Assembly: GCF_000143415.4 (NCBI RefSeq)
Contig: NW_003314312.1
Coordinates: 1,319,166 to 1,383,165 of the forward strand
DNA from: Selaginella moellendorffii
Taxonomy: Eukaryota; Plantae; Lycopodiophyta
DNA length: 64,000 nt
Reading direction: 5' to 3'
Part shown: positions 38,661 to 52,388 of the stretch, in pieces
Layout of the letters: each line of letters starts with the position of its first letter
Numbering within the stretch: position 1 is the first letter of the stretch
The notes under the pieces: generated by a model
Told to the model about the DNA's origin: nothing
Seen by the model: only the letters and a program-made list of their open reading frames with translations
Database searches by the model: none
Program-made: the position numbers and the translations under genes

Positions 38661-39935
38661 TTATCATGGGGGAAGTGATGAGGACACAAATAGACAACAC
38701 TAAGCGAACAATAGATGCCGAAGTTGTGAAAGAAATTTCACAACTTAGGCCACAAAATCCAACATATTATATACCTACAAATGTTGCAAAACTATTGGTT
38801 GTAGATATAGTCAATGAAGTGAGTTTAGGAAGATCACAACCAAAAAACTTAACAAAACAAAGAGGACAAGGCTACAAAAGAGGGTCTAGGTGAATTAGAG
38901 GAGTATGGGTTGAGTTTTCTCTGGTCCACCTATGCATTTGACAATGACACACCCTCAACCAAACAGTCTAGCGAGACAAGGCAGCCACAATAGTAGCAGA
39001 TGCCACAGCAGCACAACAAGGTCAAGGCTAGCCATGCCTTCACACACAAGTCTGCGAGTTAGCCTAGTGAGCTAGTAGTCCGAAGCTTATAGGAGGAGCT
39101 CACTCAACACATCAAGAGGAGTAGCCAAGTAGCAAATCAACAAGCTGATGCAGCCATTAGAAGATGAAGAAATAGCCAAATACCATGTGTAGGTCTTGAG
39201 CTACCTCAAGACAATCACCAAGAAAGTGGATAGAGTCATGAGCAAGTAAAATCATCAATGCCATATAATTCAAGAACTCAAGAGTGCAATCCCAGCTTCC
39301 ACATCCACCAATGTAGAGTGCATCAGCCACGAAAATCAACATATTGCACTGCTTGATCAGGAAAATTAGATCATATGTCAAGAATTTGACGATCTATGCT
39401 AAAGTGTTGAGCTTATCACTATGAAAACCAACCTAGAGCAGGATTTGGAAAATTTGATTGTCTGAGGACAGGTAGTAGCTTTATTGTGGGAAAGTCATAA
39501 AGAGGTAAATGTTTTATTTTTATATCTTCCTAAGCAGAGCAAAAGAAAAAAGCTTAAGCAAAATGGAGTTACATATAAATTTAGCATTCAAAGAAGAAAG
39601 CATTGCTCATCATAAACAAGCAAGAAAAAGTTAAAAATGGTTATGTAGTATATAAGTAACACTTAGACGTGTTGAAAAACAACCACCATTTACTATTGTA
39701 TGCATTTGTATTGAATTAACCATCTTTTTTCTCGCCTATGACTATTTGTGCAAAATAAAATTAAGTGATATATATTTATCCTTACTCACGCCTTTAAAGT
39801 TTGAGACTACGTTTTATTCTCTATTCTATTCTTTTTTCTCTTCTTCTCTTCTTTACGTTCTTGTCTCTAATTTTTTTATTACTATTTTGTAAGTAAAGGC
39901 AAGAACATGAGTATAGGCAAAAAAAACCTTACTCA

Positions 39936-40235
39936 GAAGACGAATTCATCTATTACTGTGATATCCTTCCTGCAAATGCTTCCCAGAATAGGAAGAAAGA
40001 TTTCCTGAAGTTCCTGGATGTTCTCTCCTGCGCAATCCCAGTGAATCTAGTGTTCCACTATGCGAGCAGCCGCTACCATGGCATGGATAACCCCCTACTG
40101 GGTGGAGGCACATTTCGTGGGACTTGGATTCTGGATCCAAAGTGCACCATGATCATGTCAAACCCGAAAAGGTGCAAAGCAGTTGCAAGTTCAAACAAAC
40201 TCAACCAGATCCAAAATTTATCAAACCTGATCTGA
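39936..40235 (+). pseudogene. MTPSL: MTPSL C-terminal fragment (second copy)
   Basis: EDEFIYYCDIL...FLKFLDVLSCAIPVNLVFHYASSRYHG...NLSNLI* is collinear with 14410-14700 and retains the RY dyad. Confidence 0.85.
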
Positions 40236-41435
40236 AATCGATGTACTTCCAACTATTTTTCTCTTAGTAGTGTGGTCTAATTTGCTGCATACAGACGAAG
40301 TGAAAATCAATGAAAAAATGCATGGCTATTTGGCATTCTTGTAAACTACTACAGCCACGAGAGAACACTTTGTCATGTATGTAGTTCACCCTGCCGAGTC
40401 ATTCCTCACATGGTGCACGTATGGAAGTGGGGTGCTTGGGTATGGCAGTGGTATTCTATGCTCAGTCTTAGAGATTAGCAGACTCAAAGCTTAGAATCCT
40501 AGGTCTTCCAAGAAACCTCCAAATCTTGCTGTTTCCTGGAAGATAATGAAATGCTATCAGTGATAATTTTACATTTTTTTACAGGAAATTATATTACCTC
40601 ATGAATGAATGGTTTTAAACAGTGAGCCATAGAAGCTAGGCTACAACATTTTCATTCTTTGGTATTGATGTCTCTGACACTAGGAATGCCTCGCCCACAT
40701 TTGCTGTGTCCAATCTAGCATGGTGGGCATCTGCAGTCTTGGAATTTACTCTTAGAAGCCTCTAGGGACTTGTTTCCAATTTAATAAAAAAGGTTGATGC
40801 AATTCGATGCCAAACACGCGGTCGTGTATGTACTGTGGAATTAAAATTTGTTGAATAAAAAAAATTGAAGCTTCCTTCTTGAAGTGAATGATTTGATCAC
40901 TAACATTGTCTTATGCCACTAAATTTTCAAGATTACACACCAGCATGTTTGGCATTTTCTCAAATGACATAAATAGGTGTCCTGTCCTGGAAGACAAGAA
41001 AACTTCTTAGTCTAGTCAGAATATTTGATCTGTTTAGCTTGGTGTGTCTGGTGTTGTAGCAATCAATTTGTAGCAGGCAGCCTTGGTGGCAGTGAAGAAA
41101 AATAAGAAAATAATAAAACTAAGACATAATAATGTTAAACACTTTGAATTTAAAGTCCTGAAGATTACACTTTGACATTTTAACATATAAATTTCTTTTC
41201 GACATAAAATATCATGATCAATAATTCCATAAAATCGTCACACTTTCCACTTGTTTGTCTATTTTAAGCGGACCATCCAAGAATCAGAATAGTTCAGCAA
41301 GAAACTAAGAACATACGTGTTGAAATATCAAGTCAAAGCCACTGACAAGGACTGTTAGATGCAACCAAGCATACATCGATAGATCATCAATTCATCCTTC
41401 CTTCAGGCTGTCACGTTTGATACTTTCAATCAGTA

Positions 41436-42850
41436 ATGGAGTTTGCTCAATATGCATTGTTTTGTTGATCACTCTTCTCTTCTTGCTGCTATCTTTCAAG
41501 CGTCCATAATTTGCCCCCATCTCCATGCTGCTCTTGGGAAGAATGCTACACCTTTCATTCCAGGCACTCTCTCAAAGTATGGACCGATTGTGTTTTTACA
41601 CCTGGGAATGGTACCAGCTGTGGTGATCTCCAGTCCAGAGCTAGCAAAAGAGGTACTAAAGACCAGGATGCAAATTTTGCATCGAGGCCATACTTGATCA
41701 TGGGGGAGTACAACTTCTACAACTTCCGTGGTTTTGTTCCTATGGCGACTACTAGCATGAGGAAGCTTTGCGCTACAGAGCTCTTTACCGTCAAGCGCAT
41801 TGAGTCGTTTCAAGGGGTGCGAACGAGAGAAATGCGTGGTGTCTTGTCTGCGCTTGTGAATGCGGCTGACTATCAGAAGCCAATCAACATAGGCACCTCC
41901 TGACAACATATGTCTTCAATGTTGTCATGCAGATCCTGATGAGCAAGCGTTTCTTCGAGATGGTGAGCATGAGGCTGAGATGAGCAGCGAGGCCAAGGAT
42001 TTCAAGCACATTGTGTTTGAGATCACCGAGCAGATGCTTCAATTCCACATCAGTGAGTTCGTACCCGCGTTCATGAGACAGATTGACTGGAAGATCCCAG
42101 AGATATATGCGAGACAAGACAAGTTCTTGCAGAGAATTATAGACCACCACAAGGCTAGGCTCGATTCCGAGACCTCGCAGCCCATAGATTTCATGGATAT
42201 CATGCTGCAAAGCTTGAAAAGCGAAGGAACCCGGGGAGAGGAATAGGTCAAAGCTATTGTCACGGTAACAAAGTCAATGCTTATCTTATAGTAATGTTGG
42301 CTAATCTCGAATTATGCAGGAGCTTTTATCTGGAGGAGATACCAGCGCTAGTTTGATCGAATGGACGCTGTTGGAACTCATGCACAATCCACTTATTCTT
42401 CAAAAGGCCCAGGAAGAGATTGACACCGTCGTCGGAAAGGAACGCCTTGTTGCAGAGAGCGACTTTGACAAACTGGAGTACCTTGGGCAATCGTCAAGGT
42501 CCAGCTCTGCTGCTGATTCACATGTCAGCCGAAGCGTGTAAGGTTGCTGGCTATGACATTCCCAAAGGAACTTCCACAATTGTCAATGGTTATGCAATTG
42601 GAGGAGGTCCGGCAGTATGGGAGGATGCATTGTGATTCAAACCGGAAAGGTTCCTTGGGAACTCGATCGACATAAAAGGCCAGGACTTTGAGTGTCATGT
42701 CACTGGGATTGAATGCTATTGCTTAACTTGATTCACGCTTTGGACTGGAGCTTTGTTCCTGGCAAAGGCATGGATTGTTACGAGCTCAAGGAACAAAGTG
42801 GGATTGTTCTGTGATTGGAAACAACAAGATTCCCAAAAGCTATAACTAAA
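41436..42850 (+). pseudogene. cytochrome P450-A second copy; intron 42265-42319; heme-binding motif deleted
   Basis: Near-identical to 12257-13793 in reverse; multiple frameshifts, TAG at 42244, loss of LLPFGAGRRMCPG after GQDFE. Confidence 0.9.
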
Positions 42851-43146
42851 TTAAACTTTTATACTAATCATAAAAATGTGAGTTTGTTCCTATCACTAGA
42901 AGCTAATTTTAAAGATGAAAGGTCACTGAAACAACAGAAACAACAACCAGCAATTGGGAGTCTTGAGTCCATCTATAATGACTTGAAAGATTGTTGCATC
43001 AAGATCAAGTCAATTCAAGTGTGGCGCTCGTCAAAGTTGTGGCTGACTAGAATTCTCAACAACCAAGTCTAAAGAAGCAAGCATATAATTGCCAAGGGCT
43101 ATTTGCTTCTCAAATCTCAAATCTTCACAAATTCAACATTCACGAT

Positions 43147-44690
43147 ATGGGGACTCTCCTCTATGTCATAATCTTGCTTGCTTTTGTCTATGTCTTAAGG
43201 AAATATTTGCTGCACCTTAAGCTGCCTCCATCTCCCTGGGGATTGCCCCTCCTTGGACACCTTCATCATCTTGCAGGAATTCCTTTCCTCTCATTGCATG
43301 CCCTGTCCAAGCAGTATGGACCAATTCTTTTCATGAAGCTGGGAACCGTGCCAGCGGTTGTCATCTCAAGCTCGGTTCTCGCCAAAGAGGTGTTGAGGTC
43401 GCAAGATCAGATGTTTGCTTCCAGGCCTTACATCCTCGTTGGAGACTATGGCTTGTACCACTTCCAGGGGATCGGACCTGTCCCTTACAACGATCACTGG
43501 AAGATGATGCGAAAGCTCTGCGCCACGGAGCTTTTCACTCCCAAGAGGATCGATTCGTTTCTCCCAATCAGGCTAGAGGAGATCACCGGCATGTTTTCGG
43601 CGCTTCGAGGTGCTGGAGCGCACAAAGCTGTGGACATGAGGAACATGTTGTCGATCTTCACCTTCAATGTCATGACCCGGATTCTCATGAACAAGAGATT
43701 CTTCGAGTACGGGGAGGATGAGGAGCACATCGATGGCGAGGCCAAGCAGTTCAAAGACATTGTGTTCGAGACAGCAGACCAGGGACTCCAGTTTCATATC
43801 AGCGAGTTCATCCCGCACTGGCTCCGGTGGATTGATTGGAAAGTCCCGGAACTGAAGAGGCTCCATGCGAAGAAGGATAAGTTTCTCCAGAACATCCTTG
43901 ACCAGCACAAGGACATGGCATCGACAAAGGAACACAAGGACTTCATGGACATCATGCTGCAAAATCTAGAGCACAGAGGAGCAGCCAGGGAGGATTTCAT
44001 CAAGGCAGTAGTCCTTGTAAGTTTCCCCACACAACTTGTTTTGGTCACCAATCTCAAAACCATTTTGATCTGCAGGAACTCACCATTGCGGGGACCGATA
44101 CAAGCGCTTGCATTGTCGAATGGACCCTTCTGGAGCTCCTTCACAACCCCCGAGTCCTGAGTAAGCTCAAGGAAGAGCTTGATGCTATGGTAGGATCAAG
44201 TAGTCACATGGTCGAGGAGCCCGATTTCCAGAACCTGGACTACCTCAACGCGGTGATCAAGGAAGCTTTTCGTCTCCATCCACCTCTGCCGCTCCTCATT
44301 CCTCACATGTCGACTCAGACTTGCACCATAGCCGGCTTTCACGTCCCAAAAAATGCCTTCTCGTTTGTCAACGAATACCCATACCGAAAAAAAGCAGGGG
44401 TATGGGAAAAGGCGGATGAGTTTTGGCCGGAGAGGTTTCTTGGTAAGTCCGTGGATGTTAGAGGCCAGGACTTTGAGTTGCTTCCATTCGGATCTGGGCG
44501 ACGGGCTTGTGCGGGAATGCAGCTGGGCTTGAAGACTGTCCAGCTTTTGGTGTCCAATTTGGTCCATGCTTTTGACTGGAGCTTTGTTCCAGGCAAACCG
44601 AGTGAAGATTACCTCCTTCAAGAACGTCATGGCACGGTTAACTGGATCAAGACCCCATTACAAGTTTGTGTCGTTCCTAGGACCAGATAG
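43147..44690 (+). CDS. cytochrome P450-B (CYP71 clan), full-length open frame, 494 aa; exons 43147-44016 and 44076-44690
   Basis: TM anchor, LPPSPWGLP, I-helix IAGTDT, KEAFR, PERF, PFGSGRRACAG; 59 bp GT-AG intron; aberrant NEYPYRKKAG where AIGRDP is expected. Confidence 0.85.
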
Positions 44691-44899
44691 CCATTTATCT
44701 CTTCTGTTTAACTGAAAATAAACCAATCTTTTGGTACAATGGATTGAACTATCTCAGGGAAACTCGGGCAACAGGATCATGTTTCTTGGTACAGAGTGAT
44801 GTTAATTGGGTGCTGGTAGTTCCCAATATTTTGCAGTGCTACTTCAAAACCCCTAAGTGATCCTCATTGCTTCCCTATGAAGCATGTAAGCATGCTTCA

Positions 44900-45472
44900 C
44901 AGACTAGGCTCTCTTGAGCTGATCAAAGGGATGTTTCAAGAAGATTGTTACCACAGGCTAGAAAGTTGGCTAGCAATCATTCTTCCCCATCTCAGGTATG
45001 GCATCAAGCTTACCATTAGAGCAAACATAAATTGCACTCATTACAGAATTTTTTATATACATTTTCTAGGATCCTTCTCACTGTTCTGTATAAAGCATTG
45101 TTTACTTGACCAGAAAAAAGAATGCAAATCTCATTCACAACAACCATTGCAAGATCATAGAGAGTGTCTTGGCCACTATGAACGTTGCAATCGTAAAAGG
45201 CCACCATGGGGCAGCTGATCCAAAGCTGCAGTGTACCTCCACAATCCTGTGTTCTTTTTGGGCGCCAAAAAACACACTCTGGCAGTCTCAAACCCAGTTC
45301 CCGACCTGCCCCTGCATGCGAAAATATTTCACTCCCCCTACTCTTATAGTGTGGCTGTGCTGCATCAAAGACTAATTTCTCAATTAGAGTCTACGGTGGC
45401 GGGTTCGAGTCCAGCGACAAAACCGCCGGTCCGTGGCTCCAAGCTTGAGTCTTGGCTAAGTATGGCACCCAT
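44900..45472 (-). pseudogene. strongly decayed SDR paralog remnant
   Basis: 45276-45325 actctggcagtctcaaaccca-ttcc...gcccctg matches SDR exon 2 start (52182-52221), translating SGTGFETARV; the rest is weak. Confidence 0.45.
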
Positions 45473-45769
45473 GTTGTATTCCAGCCAGAAAATGCAAAGG
45501 CAGAAAAGTCTAGGATTCAACAACAAGGAAGCAATATGAAAGTAATACTCCTGGGGTTGGATCTGAGCTCTCTCATGTTGGGAAGGGCTTTAAACCTTAC
45601 CCTAAAGAAGAAAAAAGAAAGAATAGAGCTGGATCTCAAGGTATATGCATCTAACATGATTAGAGCAACAGATCTATAATACTATAGCTACTAGAGGTAT
45701 TGCATGAGCTAATGAGGAGTGAGCATTGAAGCTAACTGGAGTTAATTGGAGGTGGTGGATTCCATTGTG

Positions 45770-46740
45770 TTCCAACACTCCCATTTTTTGGTGTGCCACC
45801 GACAAGAACAACTCCTAAATTGTGGCAATGATTAGTGAATGTGGGCTCTTGGTAAAGGCTTGGTGAGGCATCTATTCATGACTTGAAAGGAAATAAGCCT
45901 TAAAAGTTCCCTTGCAAATATATTCCTGGATAAATTGAAATCTATGATTTGTCCTTCCATGATGTCGTATGTCCTTTGTGAGAGCAATAACACTCTCATT
46001 GTCACAAAAAATTGGTATAATCTCTCACAAGAGATTTTTGTGTAGCCACAGAGCGTCCTGTGTCATTGCTATCAGCACCACACACTCTGCTTTAGCACAG
46101 TGATGTGCTGTTTCTTGTTGGACCATATGATCAATGCAAAGCCCTAATTAAAAAAATAATCTAATGTGGATTTGCAAAAATCTAGATCTCCAACGAGCAT
46201 ATCTGCTCCAATTGAACTCTACCTCTAGAACTTCTTCATAAACAAAGCCATAGTTGACAATATTAATAAGGTAGTGGAAAATCCTTTCACAGCAACCTAG
46301 TGTTCCCAACCTGGATTGTCTATGAACTAGGAGACAATTCTCACAAGGAATGTGATATCTTGATGTGTGCACACTATTAAGTATACTAGGCTGCCAACGG
46401 CTTATCAGTATGGAACACCAGTCATTATAGCATGGTGGTCCTTTGATGTGTTGAGCTATAAGGAGGTAGTAAAAAGTTGTTGGTGTTGGTATTAGCTTTG
46501 TGTTCTACATTTGAAAATAATTAAAGAGATCAGAAACATGACCATAGCAAACCTTGAAGACAACTACTCCTTAACAGCAATTGAAATAACCATATTCTCC
46601 ATAATGATTAGTGTGTTATTTACATAGATCCTGATCAATATCATCTATTGTGCTCCATGTGAAGATAGCCTCTTCAATCTACATCATTTTGAGTGAAGTC
46701 AATGGGTAGTAAAAAGTTACCAATCTTTTCATACTAAATT
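45770..46740 (-). mobile_element. degenerate Ty1/copia RT/RNase H remnant
   Basis: WSNKKQ...AKAE-like text near 46085-46125; heavily mutated. Confidence 0.45.
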
Positions 46741-47899
46741 CTTGATGCTTGCTTTATTTAATTTTTAGATGAGAATGGTCCAAAGTTGAGTTGAACTCAA
46801 CTCAGCACAACTTAACTCAAGTCAATGTAGCCAACTAAAATTCTTATGAAAGAAATTTAAGCTGAAAAAATGACAGTTCTAATGAACTTTAGATTACTGA
46901 AAGATGTAATTACTTGGGGTCAAAAGTTTCTATTATGTTAAGTCATTTAAACAGAAAAAAATTCATAAGAACCTATCTTTCCTAAATCTGAACTACTTTT
47001 AAAATTGTCACATTTTTATTTTCTTGTAATTCATTAAAAAATATTTAAATAGAAGTTAAGAGAAACAAGTTAAAACATTTTGACAGTGGAATAGGAGTCT
47101 AATTTTGATTATCTTGGAATGCAAGTTTGATATAGAGCTTCTTCATCCTAGCATTGCCATCATTGCCAAACTTCCTTCTAGTCAAATGTAAGTGTTTGCT
47201 TCTTAAGGAGCTCCAACTCCTAGCAATTTATCTTTTATGCCTTTTGAACTCTTGCAAATATTGTTGGGTATATTCTTCCATCCTTTACACTTTTTGTAAC
47301 AAGTTAAGTAGTGCCTCAAATGACACACTTCAATATCAAAGATACTTATAGATAATATTTATAAGAAGGATTTTTAAAATCATGTTACACTTATAAGCTG
47401 TATATCACATGAAATAAGGCTAATTATATTGGCAATCATAAATTGTTGTACTTGTGGACTTTTTTGGTAGTCACCCCTTTGCAATCCCTTCTAATGATGT
47501 GTTTAATGTAGATGTTGAAAGTGTTAACTGGATTGTCATCGATGTGTGGTGCCAAAAACTTCTCATCTTTGCTTACAGTTTATGTGATATAAACAATCCT
47601 TGTTATCATGTTCTCAAATACCTCTGGTAGTATTTCTCTTTTTTCTTCAAGAAAACATTGAAAAACTCTTGTATGGAAGCCTTGATTTTACAATATTATA
47701 AATCATGTCATATAAAGTTTTATTCACTACAAAAGTAATATATGTGTAATTGAGAAAAATGAAGTGTATAATAAGAAACTTACATTCATGAGTAGAAATT
47801 TAGGCTATAGTCTCTAGCCATTCTTTTGGTCTACAATTGTTTGCAATACATATTAGTTTTTTTAACTTTGAATACTTTATATATTGAATTTTGCTGTGC

Positions 47900-50500
47900 C
47901 ATATACACCTCCTCCTCAAGATCACCCACCATTGAGGAATGCTGTGTGCACATCAAGTTGATAGAGCTCAAGATCAAGCTCAGCTGCTAAAACTAGAAGC
48001 AAGCAAATGGTGGTTAACTTAACTACCCGACTGTGATCTGAATTTGCGAGAAGCCACAAATGACAAATCTGGCTTTGAATTGCTCCACACTCCCATCTGC
48101 CTTTGTACTTCTTTTTAAAGAGCCACTTGGAGCTCATGACTTTCCTTCCTGGTGGCAATGGCATGAGAGTCCAAGTGTCATTTTTAAGCAAAGAAGAATA
48201 CTCATCTTGTATCACTTCTTGCCACTTTTGAGCGTCAGGACTAGCAAGAGCCTCCATATATCCTTGAGGCTCAGGAAGGCTTTGCATTGCCCAGTAGAAT
48301 CATTTCTGTCGTGGTTCCTGGGCAATGGCCTCAAGCACTTTGACTGAAAGCTTGGTTACACGTTCAGAGCGTCGTGGACCAAAGACCTGTGGAGGTGGAG
48401 GAGTCATCACTGGGTCAACTGAAATATTTCATCGCCTAAAATGTCGTCGACGATGGCAACAAGCGAGGGCTCAGCTGAAGAAGTGGGACTGCTGGTGGAA
48501 GCAGTAGAAGGTGCAAGAAGTGGCGTGTGAGGAGGAGATCTATCACCTCCAGCCACCAAGGGCACTGCTCGGCCAGGATCTTGTGGGCCTTGGTTGTTAG
48601 CTCCTCCTGGAGGAAGTACCTTTGAGGTCTCGATACAGCTCTTGCTCGTTGAAAATCACATCGCGGCTCACTACAAGCTTCTTTTGGAAGAGATTATAGA
48701 GCCGGTAGGCCTTGGCCCCCGAAGATGGTCTTCGTGCTGCGTGGATCGAGCTTGCGCCTGTTCGGATCAGGGATGCGGGCGTACGCACTGCACCCAAAGA
48801 TCCGGATGTGCCCTCAATTTGGACGTTTCCCAGTCCAAACGTGATGCGGGATCAAGCCTGTGCTCCGGGTGGGCAAACGGTTACGCAAGTACACCGTCGT
48901 GTTCACTGCTTCTCCTCAGAAGCTGTGTGGCAGTCCGGAATGTAGAAGAAGGCAACGCACCATATCCAAGAGCGTCCGGTGCCACTGGTGTATAAGCAGC
49001 CGTGTACTGGTGAGAAATTCCTACCTCAGCTAGGAATTGGAGAAATCCTTGTGCAATGTATTCTCCTCCGCCATCTGTGCGTAGCACACTGATTTTTCTT
49101 CCTGTAAAATTTTCTGCCCAGCTTTTGAAAATTTTAAAGTTTTCAAAAACTTCGGATTTGTTTCGTACCAAACACACCACTGTGTATCGTGAGTGATCAT
49201 CTATGAATGAAACAAAATACCTCTTCCCACTTAGGGAATTTACAGGAAGATAGCAACCTTCGCTGTGAATAAGATCAAGCACTGCTGTGGCCTGGTTTTC
49301 CAAAGGTCGGGGAGGAAAAGGATAGCATGCATGTTTGCCAAGTTGGCAAGTCCCAGATGTCCAGATGGAAATGCGATGCCATCCTTCTCATTTACATGCC
49401 CGAGACGAGCATGCCAAAGATGAATTGTCTCTTGGCCTTGAAGCGCTAGCATGTATGTCCCTGGATAAACAAGCTCTGCGTTGAGGCGATAGAGTGTATC
49501 GTACCTCACTGCCATCTGCTCCAAAAATAGTACATCCTTCTGCAAAGAATGTGAGCGAGAACCCTTGATCGGAGGCAACGCCAACCGAAAGGACAGTCTG
49601 GCCTGCACCGGGCACATAGTGCATGTTATGGATTTCCTTGAGAGATCCATTGGGCAACTTGACTTACACCATGCCACGGCCTTCAACGTCGAGAGGTCGC
49701 TTGTCTCCAACAAAGACTTGTTTTGGGGAAAGCAATTCGTGGAAAGTGTGGAATGCTGTACGAAGAGGAGTCATGTGGTAAGAAGCACCACTGTCCAACC
49801 AGAGGATGTCTAAACCAGATCTCGCTCTATGTGCCCCATCTTCCCGCAGTAGGTACACGGCCCCTTCTTTTTCTTGTTTCCGAAGCCAGGTGTTGGTGTC
49901 GCAGGAGCACTGGCAAGTCCGCGAGAATTCCCATGCTTCTTGGCATTTCCATTTCCTGACTTCTTGCCGATGAACAAAGCCTGATCACGAGCAGAATCTG
50001 AGGAGGTCGTGCTTGCTTTTCGCTCCAGAAGCTTGCGCTCTTCTTCCAAGAGATTGGAATAAAGCTCGTCTAGGGTCTTTCCTGGAACGAAGGAGAACAT
50101 GGAGGAAGACGGTTGGAGTTCAGAAGAAACCGAATAGAGAAGGAAAGCTTTGGCATAATCGTCCGAGACAGGCGCGCCAGCCTCCTTAAGCTCTTGCATC
50201 TGCCAATGTACGATGCCATCGTGTCTGTTGGCTGCATCCGGAGAGAAAGGAACTTCTGGGTTAAGGACGATCTTGGCATTTGCTGCTTTCACAGCAACCT
50301 GCACCAAGGACTCCCAATTCTCGTGAGCGGTCTTCGAGAGATCCAGCAGATGGATGAACTCGTCGCCGAGTCCTAAGCCAATGACAGAGAGGGCTTGGCT
50401 TTCCACGCTGGCTGGAGAGCTGGTTCAGCTTCGGTGCCGTCCACGATTGTCCAGCAATCGTTTGCCATCAAGATGACCTTTGTTCTCTAGGTAAGTTTTC
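47900..50500 (-). mobile_element. Ty1/copia retrotransposon, internally deleted (gag, protease, integrase, RT start)
   Basis: CTYCGKMGHIERD, WLDSGASYHMT, LWHARLGH, FIDDHSR, LRTDGGGEY, EPQGYMEAL...KW, QLDVHTAFLNG in copia order. Confidence 0.9.
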
Positions 50501-50668
50501 TCCTGTGAATTTGTGTAGTAGTTTCTCCCAGATGTTGGCTGGGGTTACAGCAGCGGAAGAAAATGCAATCTAAAGTTAGCGCTAGAAACAGAAATTTTAT
50601 TGACGGGAGTGAGACGCGGGGAAAGTGCACACGCGCCTACACTGTGGGCAAAGCTGCTCGTGGCGTTT

Positions 50669-50755
50669 CGGAGAAGCATTAAGTCATGGTCACTCCGAAG
50701 GAGGTACTCTTAGGCTGATTGATAAACCATAAGTACGGAGATTCCATGAAATGGT
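50669..50755 (+). pseudogene. 3' remnant of a second P450-C copy
   Basis: ggagaagcatt / aagtcatggtcactcc / gaaggaggtactcttaggctgattg / gattccatgaaatgg align in order to 16793-16925, including the stop codon. Confidence 0.7.
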
Positions 50756-51000
50756 GTTTAAGAAGCATGAATCCAAAAGGTATAATAAGCATGCCTGATG
50801 AGTGAGGCGCAACAGAAATACGTCTCTACCGTCGTTGTCGTCACCTTGCTTCATTGCCACACTTTTCCTGGCCCGTTCACTTCACTGGTTTGCCGTCAAA
50901 ATGGTCCAGACTCAGAGTCAACTGATGTAGAAGGAAGTTGTAAAAGCTCCTCATTCAAAAATAAACGCAGGCCAAAACTTTGAAAGAAAATTAATGTAAC

Positions 51001-52388
51001 TCAAGGATGAGACTTGATAAACTCCTCACTAAAAGTCCGCAGCTCTGCAGCCAACTTCATGTCCTTGGCATGAGGGGTGCAATCCGCTTCGTTGCAATCC
51101 AAGTAGTACTTTCCACTCACGCCCTCCATGCAAGGATGGACCGCAAGAAGCATGGTTGTAGCAGCGCCCTGAAAGAAATCACAGCTTTAATCCAGAAACG
51201 TAGGCTATGATATGTTTGTACCTGCGGGATGGATTTGCAAAGTGGGCTCGCAAGGAAGAGAAGCAGCTCTGCACAGCAGCACAAGTCGATCAATCTCAAT
51301 TCTTTTCAGATACTAACTTACTAGCTGAAGTCTGGTTGAAATCTCTTCCAAGGTTCGTCTTGATAGTTCCAGGATGAAGTGAATTTACAGTCACGTTGGC
51401 ACCCTTCTCCTGAAATGGAAGATCATCAAAATTATGTCTGGGAAAACTCGAGCACAAAAACTTTGAATCTATGGGCACCTTCAAGCGGCTTGCTAACTCC
51501 CTGGTATGCAGTATGTTGGCCAGTTTTGATCTTCCGTAGCTAGTAATCCATTGGAAGCTGCACGACGAGAGTTAAAGAAAATTCATTGGAAGATTGCAAG
51601 GAAAACCCAAATGCTTCCTCCTAATTATCAATTAAAAAACTAACCTGTTCTTATCATTCAGCTTGTCAAACTCAATCCCGCCTTTTGGAACATATCTGTG
51701 TCCTTCAGACGCCACCATGACAATCCGACCTTGCACTCCAGTTTGAGATGCAGTCTGGATCATCTTGTCCAACAGCAGCTCAGTGAGCAAAAACGGACCT
51801 GGATCATCATCCAAAGAGTGAAGGTTTTTCTAACAGACAAAACTTGAACACCATACCCATATGGTTTGTCGCGAAATCGAGCTCCAAGCCATCCGGTGAG
51901 AGCTGGAAGTTATTGGCCGTCATCCCAGCATTGTTTCTGCATTGATCCATGCATTTTGATCAGAAACACTAACAGGAGTGACTCACATGAGGATGTGGAG
52001 CGGGAGATTTAGAGCGTTGAAGTCGTCGACAAATTTCCTGACCGACTTGAGAGAGCTCAGATCCAACTCAAGAACAGTGACCCTTGCATTAGGGAATTCG
52101 CGTTGGATCTTGGACTTGGCTGCTTCAGCGTTCTGTAGCTTCCTGGCTGGGATAACAACGTGTGCACCGTGCTTGGCGAGAACTCTGGCAGTCTCAAACC
52201 CAATTCCGGAGGTAGCCCCTGTAGCTTGATAATGAGAAATCGAAGCAAACTACCGATGGAATCGGCATACCTGTGACGATTACCACTTTGGATTCCAGAG
52301 AAATCCCCTTTGCAACTTTCTCGGCTGTAGCTCCCGATCCAAAGCCTGTAGCGCCGCGGTATCCTGTGAAGTAGCTTATCACGCCCAT
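51001..52388 (-). CDS. short-chain dehydrogenase/reductase, TIC32/retinol-dehydrogenase-like, intact, 321 aa, 8 exons (52388-52271, 52218-51987, 51936-51857, 51798-51645, 51557-51479, 51409-51322, 51268-51222, 51168-51001)
   Basis: [24 protein letters not shown] (YxxxK), LHPG; all introns GT-AG (50-87 bp); exon sum 966 nt in frame. Confidence 0.9.

Noticed and set aside
40517-41160. ~640 bp present only in the right cluster copy, possible MITE
   Set aside because: No terminal inverted repeats or TSD visible; may be a deletion in the left copy instead
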